This document shows, in pieces, positions 62,701-64,000 of a DNA stretch of 64,000 nucleotides. Each line of letters begins with the position of its first letter. Position 1 is the first letter of the stretch. Position numbers and translations under genes: made by a program. The stretch is from positions 32,001-96,000 of the forward strand of contig JBNKCR010000017.1 in assembly GCA_050287845.1 (NCBI GenBank). The letters run 5' to 3'. Under the pieces are notes generated by a model. It searched no databases. It saw only the letters and a program-made list of their open reading frames with translations, and was not told the DNA's origin. The DNA comes from Polyangia bacterium (lineage in GTDB: Bacteria > Myxococcota_A > Polyangia > JAAYKL01).

Positions 62701-64000
62701 CCCACCGCCGCAGATTTGTGGTGGAACAGAAAAAAGAATTCGTGGATATTGTCGACACCCGGACCGGTGAACGCATCGATATGCGGGACCCCAGGGTGAC
62801 TTTCATCTGGTCTTCCATGGGGCAATACAACAGCGGCGCCATTGCGGCGGCATCGCGGCGGGCGGGTATCAAATCCATTCATCTGCCGGTGCCCAATGTA
62901 CACACCACCCAGCTGGCCCGGAATGTGGCATCCGGAAAAGAATGCATTCCCTCGCTCATTGTACTGGGGGGAATTCTGCAGTTTTTCGAAACCCACCCGC
63001 CGAATCGGGAAAATGAAATCCTGCTGTTTTACATGCCATCCACATTGGGACCGTGCCGGACCGGTCAGTATTATGTGTTTTACGAAAGACTGTTTGAAGA
63101 GCTGGGATATGAAAACGCCGTCATTCTGGTGTGTGATTCGGCCAATTCATATCGGGAGCTGGGGCAGCAATTTACAAGGGATGCCTGGTGGGGTGTGATT
63201 CTCGGCGACTATTTCACCGATATGCACACGGGGTTGCGCCTGCTGGCCAAAGATGTGGAGGAGGCGCTGCGCATTCTGAAACAGGTATGGAACGACGTGA
63301 TGGATGTCTTTTCCAACAAGGGCGACCTGGACGGCGCGCTGGCGGACGCGGGGCGGATTCTGTCTGCGATTCCCAGGCGGCAGCGGTTGCAGGACCTGAA
63401 AAAAGTGCTGGTGGTGGGAGAAATATACGTTCGACGCGATACTTTTTCTGTCAAGGAAATCAATGATTTCCTTATTTCAAGAAATATATTCCCGAAAGTG
63501 GCGGGCATTTCAGAATGGATTGACTACACGGATCATTGTCGCTGGCGGGGATTGCAGCTGCAGAAATCGGAACTGAAATTCAAGGGACTCATTCGTACCG
63601 GAAAATGGAAAGAGCACGCCATGTATCATGTGGAAGAGTTCTACAAGAACATGGTGATCCACAAAATTTCAAGACACCTCAAACCCACGGGCCTGATTCC
63701 GGATGTCCCCACGGATATGCATGAAATCATAGGGAATACCGAACGATTGTTCCTGGATCCCCGATTGGAAAGCGAAGCCACCTGTTCCTCCGGCGCCGCT
63801 GCCACCGGCATGCTGGACGGCTACGACGGTACCGTCATTATTGCTCCATTTTCGTGTCTGCCAGGCCGCCTGGTGGAAGGGGTGTATGGACCCTGGGCCC
63901 GACGAAACAATTTTCCGTACATTTCCCTTGAAAACGACGGTCAGCCCTATGCACCGGGGGTGGTGGCCCGAATGGAAATCTTTGCCCACAATGTGTCGAG
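59775..64000 (+). CDS. CoA-substrate-specific enzyme activase / 2-hydroxyacyl-CoA dehydratase-like multidomain protein (3'-truncated by window)
   Basis: Read by hand: MQRDLIGIDIGSTSVK, NKCASGTG, second ASKHA domain GVDGGSTTTK and NEACSAGTG, CKSCDNYC, YCFP, SCAPD, GKECIP, GPCRTGQY, PFSCLP. The frame was checked at 60687, 62931 and 63960. No stop lies in the window, so the ORF track omits it. Confidence 0.9.
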   Translation, partial: MQRDLIGIDIGSTSVKIVRLQGSISMAQHAVMAHDGNVPHTVNVCLEKLGVTDTCRPLALVTGTEGRFRLNLPEVIAPSAIEYALTGLNLNANALVCMGGEDLVVYVLNDAGQITSTFSGNKCASGTGEFFRQQLGRMNLATDDIETVARDATLQKLSSRCSVFMKSDCTHKLNKGEATPGDIALSLSKIMADKVSDFLTKTRIESGTVVLTGGVTQNPFIRKYVVEAWPNLNIEVPAESPYFEALGAALLAEEFGAPLPPAQDRFTNKEILSYDTYPSIRSYADKVRYMPSMRGVYDPDAEYILGVDGGSTTTKVALVNARTNEIVAAHYGRTHGNPVQTTRVCIEEVKKQIGLDANPRISLVSTTGSSRELLGVFLGTGAVFNEIVAHTTGTTFFDKEVDTIFEIGGQDAKYVSINNNVPIDYAMNEACSAGTGSFLEESCKGDLNINEASEIGPIAMNAEAPLKFGEHCSAFINSDIRKSIQQGARRENIVAGLIFSIVSNYLNRVSGNRRVGNHVMLQGGVAKNPAVPLAFAQLTGKDIVVPPDPELMGCFGVALLAARKADEGFIEKGDFTLDGLLHNEILTRGSFVCKSCDNYCTIRRLEVNGTKYPFGGRCSKFTNMRRKKKDSDEAVNYVAVRTRMLFEQFAPPPDVHKDAPVSVGVPMAFSVHSLWPLYSWFFHELGVNLIQSTRILADGIARIESNYCFPSEIAHGALADVLEKDPDFLFMPFFLKMPSMEEGDVHATVCPLTQGMPFFLKQAFELSEDRILRPAVDMKNHLRDSGREFEQIAMRMGFTREQGAAAYEKGVQQYEAYLTEYRALGKRVLEEVAAHPENKYICLLGRPYNAFTRDANMGIPRKILSNGVSVIPFDMIYEPDAKIFPNMYWYYGQQDMKAVRKTAEVPNLYPVWISNFSCAPDSFMLHYLRWMMGQKPYLVLEIDSHSADAGVDTRIEAFLDIIDSFRKGGFEANVKPHRRRFVVEQKKEFVDIVDTRTGERIDMRDPRVTFIWSSMGQYNSGAIAAASRRAGIKSIHLPVPNVHTTQLARNVASGKECIPSLIVLGGILQFFETHPPNRENEILLFYMPSTLGPCRTGQYYVFYERLFEELGYENAVILVCDSANSYRELGQQFTRDAWWGVILGDYFTDMHTGLRLLAKDVEEALRILKQVWNDVMDVFSNKGDLDGALADAGRILSAIPRRQRLQDLKKVLVVGEIYVRRDTFSVKEINDFLISRNIFPKVAGISEWIDYTDHCRWRGLQLQKSELKFKGLIRTGKWKEHAMYHVEEFYKNMVIHKISRHLKPTGLIPDVPTDMHEIIGNTERLFLDPRLESEATCSSGAAATGMLDGYDGTVIIAPFSCLPGRLVEGVYGPWARRNNFPYISLENDGQPYAPGVVARMEIFAHNVS

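Noticed and set aside
1..64000. CRISPR arrays, rRNA and tRNA genes
   Set aside because: No regularly spaced repeats or recognisable RNA-gene signatures were seen. A covariance-model scan was not possible.

Overview
Bacterial chromosomal window. Its gene content (FHA-GAF-sigma54 activator, Ser/Thr kinase with PEGA-like tail, DUF4175 cluster, Cys-rich lipoproteins) resembles Myxococcota or related delta-type lineages; this is inference. Housekeeping genes: uppS-cdsA, dnaJ/cbpA-like, queC-queE, a phosphohexomutase, ssb, clpB, leucyl aminopeptidase, alpha-2-macroglobulin, and a long heme operon (ccsA-hemA-C-D-B-L-E-N-G). A giant CoA-activase CDS runs off the right end and is missing from the ORF track. 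Two regions stand out. (1) A type I R-M defence locus, hsdR-fic-hsdM-hsdS-RES, where an internal sigma70-like promoter overlapped by a perfect 14-bp inverted repeat precedes a Fic-wHTH gene, and a RES (NAD-using toxin fold) gene closes the operon. (2) A ~1.1 kb non-coding region with two perfect parS sites interleaved with three perfect DnaA boxes and an apparent GC-skew flip, i.e. a candidate oriC with no adjacent dnaA. Several proteins have degenerate catalytic or metal-binding motifs. No rRNA, tRNA, CRISPR array, integrase or transposase was seen. All calls come from reading motifs by eye, with no database searches.
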